DNA of 54,541 bases, filler included, from Bipalium vagum (Eukaryota), in assembly GCA_037834085.1 (NCBI GenBank). It is 2 parts of 2 records of this genome, joined end to end, with 100 filler letters (N's around TTAATTAATTAA, not from the genome) between each part and the next. Parts side by side here need not be neighbours in the genome. Positions count along the whole stretch, not along the records: positions 1 to 24,456 come from JBBMKC010201052.1; 1 more part is not named here. One strand, written 5' to 3'. Positions within the stretch are counted from its first letter, which is position 1. Each line of letters opens with the position of its first letter. Shown here in pieces: positions 1-11,499 of the stretch. The notes beneath the pieces were generated by a model. The model made no database searches. It saw only the letters and a program-made list of their open reading frames with translations, and was not told where the DNA came from. Position numbers and translations under genes: made by a program.

Positions 1-166
1 ATTGGTAGAGAAAGCACTGTCACATGATCTGACCGTTGAAAAGCTTGAGGCACTGTTCTTGGTACAATGCATTGGAGCGAGGAGGTCGCACGAGAGGTTA
101 GAATGCGAAGGCTGGAGAAAGAAAACGAAATTAAAGATTTGTTGACCGACATCAAAGAAAAAGTCG

Positions 167-658
167 GTGAATGCAGTAAGGAGTGACAGAGATGCTTTTA
201 AAAGGAAGGTAACACAAAACCATGACACCAGAATACCATCATTTAAAGGAAGACAAATAGCAAGAGAAAATATTAAATTTTATGGATGTAATAAGGAGGG
301 TCATTTAAGTCGTAATTGTACGGCAAGAAGACAAATAGAATGCTGGACCTGTTCGAGTCAGGATCACATTAGCAGGGATTGTCCAAAAAAGAAATCTCAA
401 GTATGCTTCGGATGTCAGACAGATGGTCATATTAGGAGAAATTATCCAAATATAACCTGTAGGCGGTGCAACAGGAACGGGCATAGTGAAAGGGAATGTT
501 ATACCAACCTTCACGATGGTAGGAGTTTTCAAGCACAGAGGACCAGAGGTCCAGAGAAAGTTTATAGAAGGGATAATTTAAATGCTTTAGAAGAGGAAGT
601 TGACGGTGATAGACTGGTCGAATACGAAGTCAGTACCCGAAAGACAGGGCTCCGCTAG
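167..658 (+). pseudogene. gag: Gag C-terminal nucleocapsid region with four CX2CX4HX4C-type zinc knuckles
   Basis: FYGCNKEGHLSRNC, CWTCSSQDHISRDC, CFGCQTDGHIRRNY, CRRCNRNGHSEREC. The first and third have each lost one Cys. Confidence 0.85.
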
Positions 659-879
659 TTTGGGAGTTAGTAGGAGCCTTATATTTAACGTCGTCAGCGA
701 TGATTCCCAAAGGGGCACCCGGTGCAAAGAAGAAGAGTGGGCAAAAGTGTGGAAATTCATGAAGAATGACTTTAGTGATGTGGAGAATGATAAAGATGTG
801 GGAGCTGTGATTGAAGGAGGAGATTTCTTTATAACAGACAAAGTTATGAACGAAGACCAAGTATAACGGTAGAGATTCA

Positions 880-3110
880 AGGATAAAGATTCGAATGCTT
901 ATTAGATACGGGAGCTGGGGTCAGTGTGATGAGTAGGAATATTTTGAATAAGTTTAAAGACGTGGAAGTAGTGAGAAGTAATGGCAGATTAATGTGTGCG
1001 AATAATAGCCAATTGAAAATAGTAGGAAAATGCTCAATTTCGGTAAGAGTAGCAAATGAGTCAAAACTGGTGAACTTTACAGTAGTAGAGGAAGTCACAC
1101 CGGATTTAATCAGCGGAATAAATCTTCAGAAGGTATTCGGATTTAGGTTGGTTAAAGAGAATGCTGGGCAGATCAAAACTGATGGAAAGAAAAGAGAAGA
1201 ATCATATATGTGTAATATTGAAGGGACGTTTGGTAATAGAGTTAAGGAAGGGGAGCGTTTTAAGAGAGCAGTAGAGCTAACAGGAGTGACAAGCAACAAT
1301 CGGCTGGTGCAGATAATAAAAGAGAACGAGGGTGTTTTTATGGCCAACAAATGGGATGTCGGCTGCACTCACCTAGCGAAACATTATATCCGGACAACAG
1401 AAGAACCGATTAATCTTAAGCCGTTTAGACAGCCAATGAACCTAGAGGAGAAGATACAAGATACAGTCAAGAACCTATACGACAATGGAATTATTAAGAA
1501 ATGCAATTCACCTTGGAATACACCGTTCATTTGCGTATTGAAGAAGAAGAAAGATATCCGCATATGTTTAGATTTTCGTCAGTTAAATGCAGTGACAGAA
1601 AGGCAGGCATTTCCGATGCCAAATGTTGATGAAATGTTGGATGCCTTGGGTGGGGCAAAGTATTTTAGCTCTATTGATTTAGGTAATGCTTATTATCAAG
1701 TGGAATTAAAGGAGGCATCAAAGATCAAGACGGCTTTTTCTACCAAGGAAGGAAAATATTGTTTTAATAGGATGCCCTTTGGAATAGCGGCAGCTCCAGG
1801 CACATTTCAGGAGAAGGTCGTCGGTGTTATAAAAGGAGCAATGGTCTATCTGGACGACATATTAGTTTTTACGGGGACTGAAAGTTGGTATTATAAGGTT
1901 CTGAACGAAGTACTGAGAAGAGTGCGCGAAGCTGGACTAAGGATAAATCCAGAAAAGTGTCATTTACTGAAAGAGGAAATAGAGTTCTTGAGTCATGTGG
2001 TGAGTAAAAAGGGGATAAAGACAGACCCTTCAAAGTTGGAGGCGAATTAAAATTTCGAAAGGTCAAAATGTTTAAAAAGATTGAAAAGTTTTTTAGGGAT
2101 CTGTAACTATTATAGAAGATTTATAAAAGAATACTCGAAAAGATCTAGGCTCTTGGAGAAAGCGTGTGGAAAGAGTGAGAAAAAAGTAATATGGACACAT
2201 GAGATGGAAGAAGCGTTCAAGGAGATGAAAAAGGCATTAACATCAAGAACCGTATTGTGTTTCCCCGATATTAAGAAGGAATTTAATCTAGACACAGATG
2301 CGAGTTTTGCTTCGATACGAGCAATTTTGTCTCAACTGGACGAAAATGGAAAGGAACGAGCGGTACCATATGGCTCTCATGCCATGAGCACCCATTAAAT
2401 TGGCTACTGTGTTACTCGAAAGGAATTGCTGTAAATTAATTTTTTTTGTAATCACTTTCAACATTATTTATATGGAAGGAGATTCAGACTGAGCACGGAT
2501 CATAAAGCAATCACCTTCATGATGAGTACGAAGAAGCCGATCACGTCGCAATTCCAAACGTGGATTAATTATTTGAACAGTCTGGACATTTGTTTGGTAG
2601 TCCCAAGACTATCAATGTGGATTGCACAAAAACATTTGAGTCAAAGAAGATGACAGAGTTCGCGAAAAGTATAAATTCGGAACTGCGGTTCTCAAGTCCA
2701 TACCACCATAACACTAATGACCAGATTGAACGACAATTTAGAACTATTATGGAGAGACTGAATGCAGCTAGAGCGGAGCAAGGAAGGAAGGATTGGGAAG
2801 AACTATTGTCAGAGGTCGAGCTCTCATTGAATGCAACAACGCAGAAGACGACAGGGAGGAGCCCCACAGAAATTATTTTTGGCAGACGCATTGACCGAGA
2901 AAGATGGTATCCATCGAGAGAGAAGGTGGATGGAACGGAAGTGGAATCGATGACGAAAAGTAATTTTGAAGTTGGTGACAAAGTCCTGGTCAAAGTGGAA
3001 ACGAGGAACTAAGGTCCATATCGAATCCAAAGAAAAATACATGGAAGACGGTATTTGATAGAACACGCAGATGGAAGAATTCTGGAGAGGAACGTTGAGA
3101 AGTTAAAAAA
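880..3110 (+). pseudogene. pol: Disrupted pol (protease, RT, RNase H, truncated integrase)
   Basis: Motifs as above, split over several frames. The RNase H end (WINYLNSLDI, ~2561-2590) is fused directly to mid-integrase. Confidence 0.93.
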
Positions 3111-3116
3111 ATTCTT

Positions 3117-3127
3117 GAGAGGGGGGA
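3117..3127 (+). other. Polypurine tract of the Gypsy element
   Basis: GAGAGGGGGGA directly after the integrase end and before the putative LTR. Confidence 0.8.
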
Positions 3128-3577
3128 TATAAGGAGTGATTCGAAGAATTAGTTTTTTGAATTTTTTTAAATAAGGACCTCACAGCTAGATTAACAAATA
3201 ATAAATTTTTTAAAGTTTTTAAAAAGTATAATGTTATGTTTTTTAAATTTTTAAATAAATAAATAAAAATAAATTTAAATTTAATGTTCGACTTTTGTTA
3301 CATCAGCTGATAGTCAGAGTAAGATTTAAACTTGCACTTAAAAGTTTAAGTAGTAAAAGTAATAATAATAAACCAATAATATTAACATTAAGAATAATGT
3401 TTATTAAATTTTAGGCAGATTAACTACGTTTACAAATTAAATTAATAACAGTGTGAGCTTTTTTAAAATTTAAGTAATGTCCCAGTAGGATTTGATATTT
3501 AATTCATGTCCAAGGAGATAGTACCAAGATGCAGCTCGACGATAAACCTTAAGAGACAAAGAAACATTCCTGTGACA
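3128..3577 (+). repeat. Putative 3' LTR (~450 bp)
   Basis: Starts TATAAGGAG right after the PPT (probably a mutated TG) and ends CATTCCTGTGACA, an imperfect terminal inverted repeat. Contains AATAAA. The right boundary is inferred. Confidence 0.6.
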
Positions 3578-3659
3578 AGTAGTTTTCATTGGTTTCTGTT
3601 GAAAGGGCTATTTAATTAACGTTTTTTTTTTCAAAAACAATAATTATTTAATCATCAAT

Positions 3660-4098
3660 TTTGTTGTTGTCTCCTTCAAATTAGGTCCCATCAGATATGA
3701 TGCACTTGTTCATCAATATTATTCCAGTCTTCAAAGCATTTCGGAAACGCAGACTTTGGTATTTCATATAGTTCTCTAAGCGATTTTACTTTTATTTCTT
3801 CAATTGTCTCAAAACACTTTTCTTTCATTGCTTTTGTCATCTTTATAAAGAGAAAAAAGTTGCAGGGGCCAAATCTGGTAAACGTATCAAATCTGGTGAT
3901 GTATCAATGCGGTGTTTTTTTTATATAGAAAATTCATAACAAGCCAACTATTGTGCATTATTGTGCTGGAGGTTCCATGAATTTTCTTTCCATAAATCTG
4001 GTTGTTTCTTACGACTCGATTCGCGTAATCGACACAGCACGCTCAAATAATACTCCTTATTAATTGTAACACTTTAAGGAAAAAACTCATGATGCACG
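3660..4098 (-). mobile_element. Mariner transposase 3' remnant
   Basis: Minus-strand PDLAPATFF (YSPDLAP-type), CFEDW and KCIISDGT*FEGD. Confidence 0.75.
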
Positions 4099-4103
4099 AG
4101 TAA

Positions 4104-5203
4104 TGTATAAATGGATAAAACCCCAGGACCTAGATCCTCGTTTTTTACTCGTTCAAAAACTCGGCCTATAAATCCAGAGTTTTTTTATTTATTACTATTA
4201 TACTTAAAGAAAGTAACCTCAAAAATCAACAACTCATCACTATCAGATGTATTCGTTTTACTATTGTAGCGGTACAAATTTACACTCTAAGTGAATCAAA
4301 ACTCCCACAATAATACTTATTCGCACCCTAAAATTGAATCAAAATGATCACGATATATCTTTATTGAATACTGCAAAACAATCGTTACACTCGTCGTAAA
4401 ATCACAATCAAAATCGTCAAAGATCTAAAAATCAATAATCGAAATTATCCAAATGTCTCAAAATTAAAACCGTTCAATAATCTGAAAATCAAACAAAAAC
4501 AAACACAAATAATCCAAAATCACAAATTCAAGATGATATGAATAAAATGAAATTAATATTAATAATAAAAATAAAGAAAATAAAACAAAATTGTAAATAC
4601 TCTCATCAGGAGAGATAAGGGGTCCCCGGGTTGTCCTCTAGGTCCTTTTCAGGTCACCTAGGGATTCCCAAACTCATTGGGCGCTTTTGTGAAATCCATT
4701 TGCATAATCATAGCGAGTAAATCAAAAAAAGAATTACTAAGCCTGAAAAATTCCTCTTCTGAATCTGATCCGTGCTGTAGCTCTTGAAACCTTCTGAATA
4801 ATTCTCTTCGTTAAAATTATATTCCACTTCTGAATCTGATGAATAACTGACTGATATCCTTCTTCTGACGATAATCACTGATTTTTGGTCGACGGCTATT
4901 ACTCCTTTTTTATTTTTCTGGGAATTGTCGTCTCTTAATATAGTCGTAGAGATTTGTCTACTATCCCCAATCCCTACGACTCGAGAAGACTATTTCCATC
5001 AATAAACATTTATCGACGTGGAGACAAAGTTAGACAAAGGAGAAAAGCGATCACTCCGACGACTCAGCTCATTCATCATGATCCTCATCAAATTACGTCA
5101 ACGCCCCTAATCTCCAATTCAGTACATCAAAGTGTTAATGCCGAGACTTTGATGTATCACTCATGAAAATTTGATCACCAAAAATTTTCAAGATTAATTA
5201 CTA
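4104..5203 (-). repeat. Interspersed non-coding repeat, possible solo LTR, copy 1
   Basis: Reverse complement of 51406-52095 over ~4187-4670 and ~5015-5200. A diverged piece is at ~40480-40550. Abuts (ATT)n. Confidence 0.75.
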
Positions 5204-5206
5204 TCA

Positions 5207-5207
5207 C

Positions 5208-5274
<67 letters not shown>
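5207..5274. repeat. (ATT)n microsatellite
   Basis: Direct tandem repeat. Confidence 0.97.
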
Positions 5275-5275
<1 letters not shown>

Positions 5276-5420
5276 CTTTTATTATTAATTTTAATAATTA
5301 CCACTATCGAGTTATGTGCCTTTGGCCAACCCAAATGTATGTATTTTCAAAAATCAAATCAAAAAGAAAAAATCGTTAAAAAAGTAATTAACAAGAAAAT
5401 CATTTATTGGTTTGATGTAT

Positions 5421-6650
5421 TCACAAAATAAGTTGCAGTTTTTCCACAATTCTCTTGCAACCCTACGTTGCCAAATGGAGCCCATCAACAGAGTTGAAAT
5501 TCAACGTTTCAATAACCTTATCAATCAGCTCCTGATCATCGTCAAGCATATTTTCTCAAAAAAGATTCTTGATGTACAGCACAACATGTTTCCTTTTCAA
5601 TGACAAAAATGGAACAAAGACCGTAATCAAATTGTGGGAAATCAATTTGCTCTTTCTCAGTCCATCGTCTGAAAATAGACATACAATTGATTAATCGATT
5701 ATATTTGTTTTAAAAGCTAATCACGTTACTTGTCATTTTGTAAAGGTTTTGAGCCAATACGTCCTCCATTTCTTTAAGATTGATGGACTCTCGAGCGGTG
5801 CCACTTTTGTACGCCTGGACCAACTGGGAATTAATGTCTTTAACCTCCAGAATTGCTAAGTCTAAATCTAGACTGTTTATTCATTAATCATACCTGAACC
5901 GAAGAAAAATCGCTTTTCGATAATCAACACCATCAATGCTTTCGTAATTGTCCACAAATTGTTTGAGAGCGTCCAATAAATTTCTAGGCATGTCTTGGAC
6001 TTTATCAAATATGAACAGGGTGTGACGACACGATCGCATGGCTTTTGTAATTTTATTTCGAAGATCAATCTTGATAAAAATGATGCAATTTTAATATAAA
6101 TGTTCCATTTTTTAAAAATGTTATATAATCGTGTTATGCTTACTTTAAAATCCTCGACTTTACTCACCAGAGGAAAATGAACTGAACTTATGAATGTGTA
6201 CGTATTTGCTTTCCATTCAATTGTGGAACAGACTGTTGGCAATCATTGAAGATACAAAATTCTTACCGGTACCTGGCATACCATTAAACGAAAGAATGAG
6301 AACTCTGTTTGGATTTCCAGAAAATACGTGAGACTTCAAAATTTATTAATGTTTAAAATAATAAACTAATAATTTGATTTTTTACTTTTACATGTCTGAG
6401 CAGAACTGATTTCACTAGATTCTGACCGTATAAACATTCATTTAAATACTATTCCAACTCTTTAATAACATGAAAAATATTTATTATTGTCATAGCTTCT
6501 TACTTGTAATATTCATTGGTAACCATTTTGACTTTGTATCACAACATTCAGAAAGATAACAGACAATTCTCCGTTGATTTACTAGAAAAGAGCTTATGCC
6601 AAATATCGCCGCACCAGTTTTTCAAATTGTAAATGGAACTAAAGTAATTA
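5421..6650 (-). pseudogene. Torsin (ER AAA+ ATPase) unprocessed pseudogene, at least 6 exons
   Basis: Exons ~6650-6504 (CYLSECC), 6459-6386 (LNECLYGQNLV), 6333-6144 (LILSFNGMPGTGKNFVS, Walker A), 6069-5894 (LFIFDKVQDM, DGVDYRKAIF), 5855-5730 (SNSGG, RESINLKEME), 5668-5421 (VFVPFLSL, GCKRI). GT-AG introns of 38-74 bp. In-frame TAG/TGA codons and frameshifts. Confidence 0.9.
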
Positions 6651-8744
6651 CAATATTATTAAAATGATAAATTAAAACAATTGTATGAGCTACGACCTTT
6701 CAATCAAATTTCAACCGAAAATTTTGTTTGGTCATTTTAGCACGACTAATTATAAAATTTTAATTTATTTAAAAAATAAAACTTTTTTTCAAATTATGAT
6801 GTAACAAACTTTTAAATCCCTCTAAAAAAGACTAATGAAATAGTTTTTAAAATATAGTCTAACAAATCATTTAAAATCAAAAAATAATTTTAAAATATTA
6901 AATAATCAATATGAAATACCTGAAATATTTAAATATCAATTTTTTATGGAGAATTTATCAAACAAACAGCTTTATTATCACATTTAAGATCTAAATAAGA
7001 TAAAGATGCAAAGATATGATTTGCTTAATGGATTAAAAAATAATAAGTAAAATTTAAATTAATGAAAAAATAATATTTTCATATTATTATTTTGTAATAG
7101 ACTTAAAATTTAATTTTTAAAATTTGACAGAATATGAAAATTTAACACGATATCCTCTCTGAAAATCGTTGCACAATTTAAAAAGAAATATTCACATTGA
7201 AGATATTCCATAAAGATTCCAAAAGTTCAGCCAAAAAACGAATTATTCAAGATATATTTCACTTAAGAGCTGTAATGCTACCTGATTTACATTTATAATT
7301 TACGTTCATTAAGATGATACATAAATCTCTAAAGCCAAGTAAAGATCCAAAGTAGCGGATTCATCTTTTGTTTCGTTTATGTTATGAGGCTTCTTTTGTC
7401 ATAATAAAATAGTTTTTGTGTCGTCTTAAAGAACTTTAAAATAACTTTACTTTTAATTTGAGCGAACATTGTTTTTTTCACATACAGATTTTGTGGAGAC
7501 AAATTTAGACTGCGATTGCCGATTATAAAAGTAAACCCTGACATGACCTGTTAATAGTTGAAAGATGAAAGAGATCAATCTGATCGTTTGAAGCTTTTAA
7601 GCATTTACAACAATATCTTTAATTAAAGAACATTAGCACAAATAACATTTATTGATAATCAATGAGATCTAAGAACAGCTAAGGAGTCTACATGGTTTTT
7701 TTTTGAGTGATAATTCGAGTTTGGTAAGTTATGGTGAAGGTAGCAAACTGTATTTTAGTTGCTTCCGCTGATGGTTATTTTGGATGAAGCCATAACTTCA
7801 GTGACCCTCAAATAAGCCAAAAAATATTTTGCTTTTTACTGGTGAGGCTCTTTTACAATTGCTGATATGTTGCATGATGGGTATCAACTAATTTTTTGGA
7901 AAATGTTTTAATTAGGAATAATATTATAAGATTTTAAACCCTAACCCTAACCTTAAAATAACACTAATCCGAACCAGATTGACCATTAATTTAATTTTCA
8001 TTTTTATTGCCTCTATTTATTGGCGAACCAATCAAAAAACAGGTGTTTCTATACCATAGCCTCATCTACAATTAATAAATAAAATTTTTTGTTAATATCA
8101 TCTACGTAAATTATTTCTTATCGTATTTCTTTCATAATATTATAAAATATGTATTTTGAATTGATTAAATTAATTAACTAAAACAAATTGGTATCCATGG
8201 TAACGAAATAAAAATTTTCAAAATAACCAAATTAATAACAATGAATGTCAAACGAGTTTTCCGAATCGTTAATTACCAAACATAACTTAGATGAACATTA
8301 CTTTCGTGGTAAGATAAATTTTATTTATGAAATAACATTCACAATTAACATTGGAGATCATAAATGTGCTAAAATGACAAAATTAAACCGTTCCTACTTA
8401 CAAGTATTCTCTCTCAAAAAGTTGGAAAAAGAAAAAAAAAGAAATTGGAAAAAAAAACTGTCAAAGAAAACTATCACCAAGCCAATCTATTTGCTGTCAT
8501 TCTTTTAATGAGCTTATGATCTTAGATATCGAAACGTAGAACTTCAAGTGTTCCAAATTTTTTATAAAAAATGATCCATATAAAGAAGTCCATATGCAAA
8601 TTCTTTTTTCAAAATTCTATTATAAATATTGATTATGAATGGACCTCTGAAACTCCTATTGAAAGGGTAGCTCAAGAATATAAGGTTCCACCGTCCACCA
8701 AATGCACTTGATAAGTCAAATGAAAAAATTTTTCCTCATTATTC

Positions 8745-8910
8745 TACACGAAGGAAAGCAACGAAAAAATTGGTGGTACTAAAGTTATTGTAGAAATTGA
8801 TGAATCCGTCATAGTTCGCAACAAATATGGAAGGGGAAGATCATTGCAAGGTCAACAAGGGACTGTTAAGAGTATTGAACAGCATAATCAAAAACGATTC
8901 TTTATTCAAC
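8745..8910 (+). mobile_element. Merlin (IS1595/ISXO2-like) transposase fragment
   Basis: KIGGTKVIVEIDESVIVRNKYGRGR matches the VEIDES...KYxRGR signature. Confidence 0.8.
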
Positions 8911-9109
8911 ATAAATATAATACATAATGTAACTGAACGATAAATTGTGTTCTTTTCCTAAAAATATCTTTTATTTCTACTTTAATGTAAAAGTTAATGT
9001 GACCAAACTACTTAAACAAATGATATTCTAAGTTGGAATACATCCGTTACAAATTTAATAATATAATTATCAACTAAACATTAATACTAATTATAATTAA
9101 TTTGGAGCA

Positions 9110-9265
9110 AAAGGTTGTCAAATGTTCAGTTTTAGTAATGGCACTTTGGAGTGATGGGTGTTTTATGGTCTACAGGTGTGTTTTCTCGTAAAAACCAACC
9201 TGTTGACCCCTCCACAACGTGATGCATATCACGTAAAGATATGTCAGCGTTTGAATGTCTTTCTT
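9110..9265 (-). pseudogene. 3' fragment (B') of a paralog of the gene at 19870-20788
   Basis: Reads DIQTLTYLYVICITL(frameshift)GSTGWFLREN...PITPKCHY* against DVQTLANLFGICITLRQGSTDWFIREN...SITPKCRY* in B. Both share TACTAAAACTGA across the stop. Confidence 0.85.
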
Positions 9266-10110
9266 CTTGTATCCGTCTCTTTTCTAAATAAACGGGTCTT
9301 TGACCTCTTTTTCTATTTCTCTTCTTTGATAATAACATCGGGAAATGACAGCTTGTCACCTTTCCTATCTCCGTTGTGAATTTGATATTTTCTCGAAGAA
9401 TTTCCATGAATGTAAGACAGCATCGATGTCTTTTTTACTCTCCAATATTAAGAAGACGTTCTCAACATATCTTTCCTAGCCCAGTGACTTACTTCCTTGA
9501 TGTTTTCCAAATTTCATTTCCAAGTAATCCATGAATACTGATGACTGTGTTGGTCCCAGTTAAGATATATATAACATTTACACAAGATAAAATGTAACAG
9601 TTTAAGACCCAGGCATCTCACTTGTGACATATCTTTGACGCTCCTTCAAAAAAACCGACAAGAACGTAATTTTATCCTCCATAGTCAAAAGAGGGTGGTC
9701 TCTTATTCTGCAGAGAAATAAATAAAGATGGCCGTCTCTCAAGATTGCAGGGATCTGAGTAAAGTGAATAAATAATTTATGGAAGTCTGATTCATTAATA
9801 AGTTGAGAAGGGAAACCATAAAAAATTTCCATAAAGATTTGGATCTAACAGACTCAAATATGGTTCTGATTGATGGGCAGTTGGTTTGATGGGTAAATAT
9901 TTCTTAGCTTCAGCTCCTTTTTAAGGATACTGAATGCCATCATAAGCATTTCAACTACCAAAGTGACGATGCAATATTTCCATTAAAACCTCTGCCTCTA
10001 ATTTCTGAATCAGCCAAAATGATGACATTCAAAGAGACCTTGTACTATTTTAGTTCAGTTGTCCGTGAGATCTACATGGTGCTTCTTAAAATATCAATAG
10101 TGATCCTTTA
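9266..10110 (-). mobile_element. Penelope-like retroelement RT remnant
   Basis: Minus-strand LGPTQSSVFMDYLE, KRYVENVF (decayed RYVDD) and ENIKFTTE...KLSFPDV (IKFTxE...LPFLD type). Confidence 0.65.
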
Positions 10111-10257
10111 AGCAAAGGAATAATACAAGTTCTAAATAATAATAATAACAATGAAAACAGTCTTATTAAGAATCAAATATTAAGGACAAAACTTGACGTT
10201 TAAAAAGTAATTTTCTCCTGCTAATGTCTCACAGGGTCCAGCGTTCATTCATCCACT

Positions 10258-11116
10258 TTAGGTTTTTATGTCGTCACATTCTCCTTCTGCTAAGTCAATG
10301 TTGACAGACGTTTTCGATGATGTTATACTAATTCCAAAGAGATTTGCCAAATTTCGAGTTCCGGACTGTCCTCCTTTGACATTAAACCCTCCATGCAATA
10401 CGAAATGCCAGTCGTTTCTTTCCACATGTCTCTGAAGATCTCCAAAATTTAAAGAAAACTCACCTTTAATCTTAAAAACTTTATTTTTCTCGCCATCGTG
10501 CGACTTAAATTCAGTAACGATATACATACAGTCATTTGTGTTCTTGCAAGCTCCGTTTGTCAGTATTTCAACAAAAATGTCCATCAAATTCTTCTTAGGC
10601 TCCGGTAAAGAGACAGCAATCATTCTACTCTTTCGGTACGAACCGAAAAGAAGTATACTCACATTGATTTTGTTTTTCAAAATTACAGTTGCTTTCACTG
10701 CGTCTGCAACACTAAACACTGTTGACATTGCAGAACTTTTCAAGCTGGGAACAGTTTTCAGCACTTTACAGCGTATGACATCAACATCAGAAGGTGACTG
10801 GAAAAAAAGGATTTAAAAGCGTAATGTGTAAAGAAGTTCTTACAACTTTGACGGGTCTCCTTCTGACAAAAATCTTTTCAGTGACACACAAAAACTTAGA
10901 TTGATCACTCTCCTGAGATGGATAAAACAGTCACAAAGACTTGTTCTCATCAAATCGGAATGCTTTGCAATCGGCCAAGTCGCATTTGAGAGAACACTCA
11001 ACTGCAGAACGAAGTGTCAGATTGAGGACGGGCTTGGCGACACAGGATTGAATGGCTCCGAAAGTATTGTTCGCCTCAACATTGATCACGGAAACGAAAA
11101 TTAACGTGAGAAACAT
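10258..11116 (-). pseudogene. Secreted PAN/apple-like domain protein, copy A' (exons 11116-10844 and 10797-10258), with an in-frame TGA at 10931-10933
   Basis: Signal peptide MFLTLIFVSVINVEA, then SAVECSLKCDLADCKAFRF. 46-bp phase-0 GT-AG intron. Exon 2 is fully open. The TGA aligns with TGC (Cys) in copy A. Confidence 0.75.
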
Positions 11117-11283
11117 TTGAAAAGTGTTTCCAAACTATAAATGACTTTCATATTTATCAGTGAAATTAGTCGTGCTAAACTTTCATTGGTCCACAAGATT
11201 GGATAGCGAAAATAATGTGTGCATCCATTCGGGTTGGAAGAGACACGTGGAATAGTCTCAGCATCAGACAAGGCTACCAGAAA
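10766..11283. repeat. Left arm of ~0.5 kb inverted repeat (partner 15106-15622)
   Basis: Near-identical reverse complement covering promoter, exon 1, intron and the first codons of exon 2. Confidence 0.95.
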
Positions 11284-11325
11284 TAAAGATTAATGTGAAA
11301 AGAATAATATATGACAAAATATGAA

Positions 11326-11362
<37 letters not shown>
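11326..11362. repeat. (AAT)n microsatellite
   Basis: Direct tandem repeat. Confidence 0.9.
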
Positions 11363-11364
<2 letters not shown>

Positions 11365-11499
11365 CTGAGAATTATCAGTTTTTTAATATTAACAATTCCC
11401 AGAAGCCACTTTCAAAAGACGAAAAGAGAAATAATTTATGATGCATTTTTATGTGATAAACCAATTGATCTTTGAGCAACAGATCATAAAAAAGATATT

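Larger units (their letters stand above)
1..3127 (+). mobile_element. Degenerate Ty3/Gypsy LTR retrotransposon internal region (gag-PR-RT-RNaseH-partial IN), cut off at window start
   Basis: Gag CCHC knuckles (167-658). Protease CLLDTGAGVS at ~895-925. RT with ICLDFRQLN, FSSIDLGNAY and YLDD (926-2050). RNase H with LDTDAS (2081-2398). Integrase tail FGSPKTINVD, SSPYHHNTN (2590-3012). PR-RT-RH-IN order is Gypsy. Several stops and frameshifts. Confidence 0.96.

Noticed and set aside
5440-5500. DGLHL on the minus strand as an SGNH esterase motif
   Set aside because: It lies in the torsin last exon just before the GCK motif.
5877-6242. 121-aa ORF as a stand-alone gene
   Set aside because: It mixes torsin exon frames with intron sequence.
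5421-6460. In-frame TGA/TAG in torsin as evidence of a variant genetic code
   Set aside because: Frameshifts co-occur, and LRRK, ENaC and PMVK read through with the standard code.
7936-7956. CCCTAA repeats as a telomere or interstitial telomeric array
   Set aside because: Only about two and a half units.
10150-10257. SECIS element downstream of A'
   Set aside because: ATGA and GA are present, but there is no convincing helix or apical AA at the right spacing by eye.
10901-11104. Antisense ORFs of 67 aa (also 15283-15486 and 19929-20132)
   Set aside because: They are shadows of exon 1 of the PAN genes. The repetition reflects paralogy.
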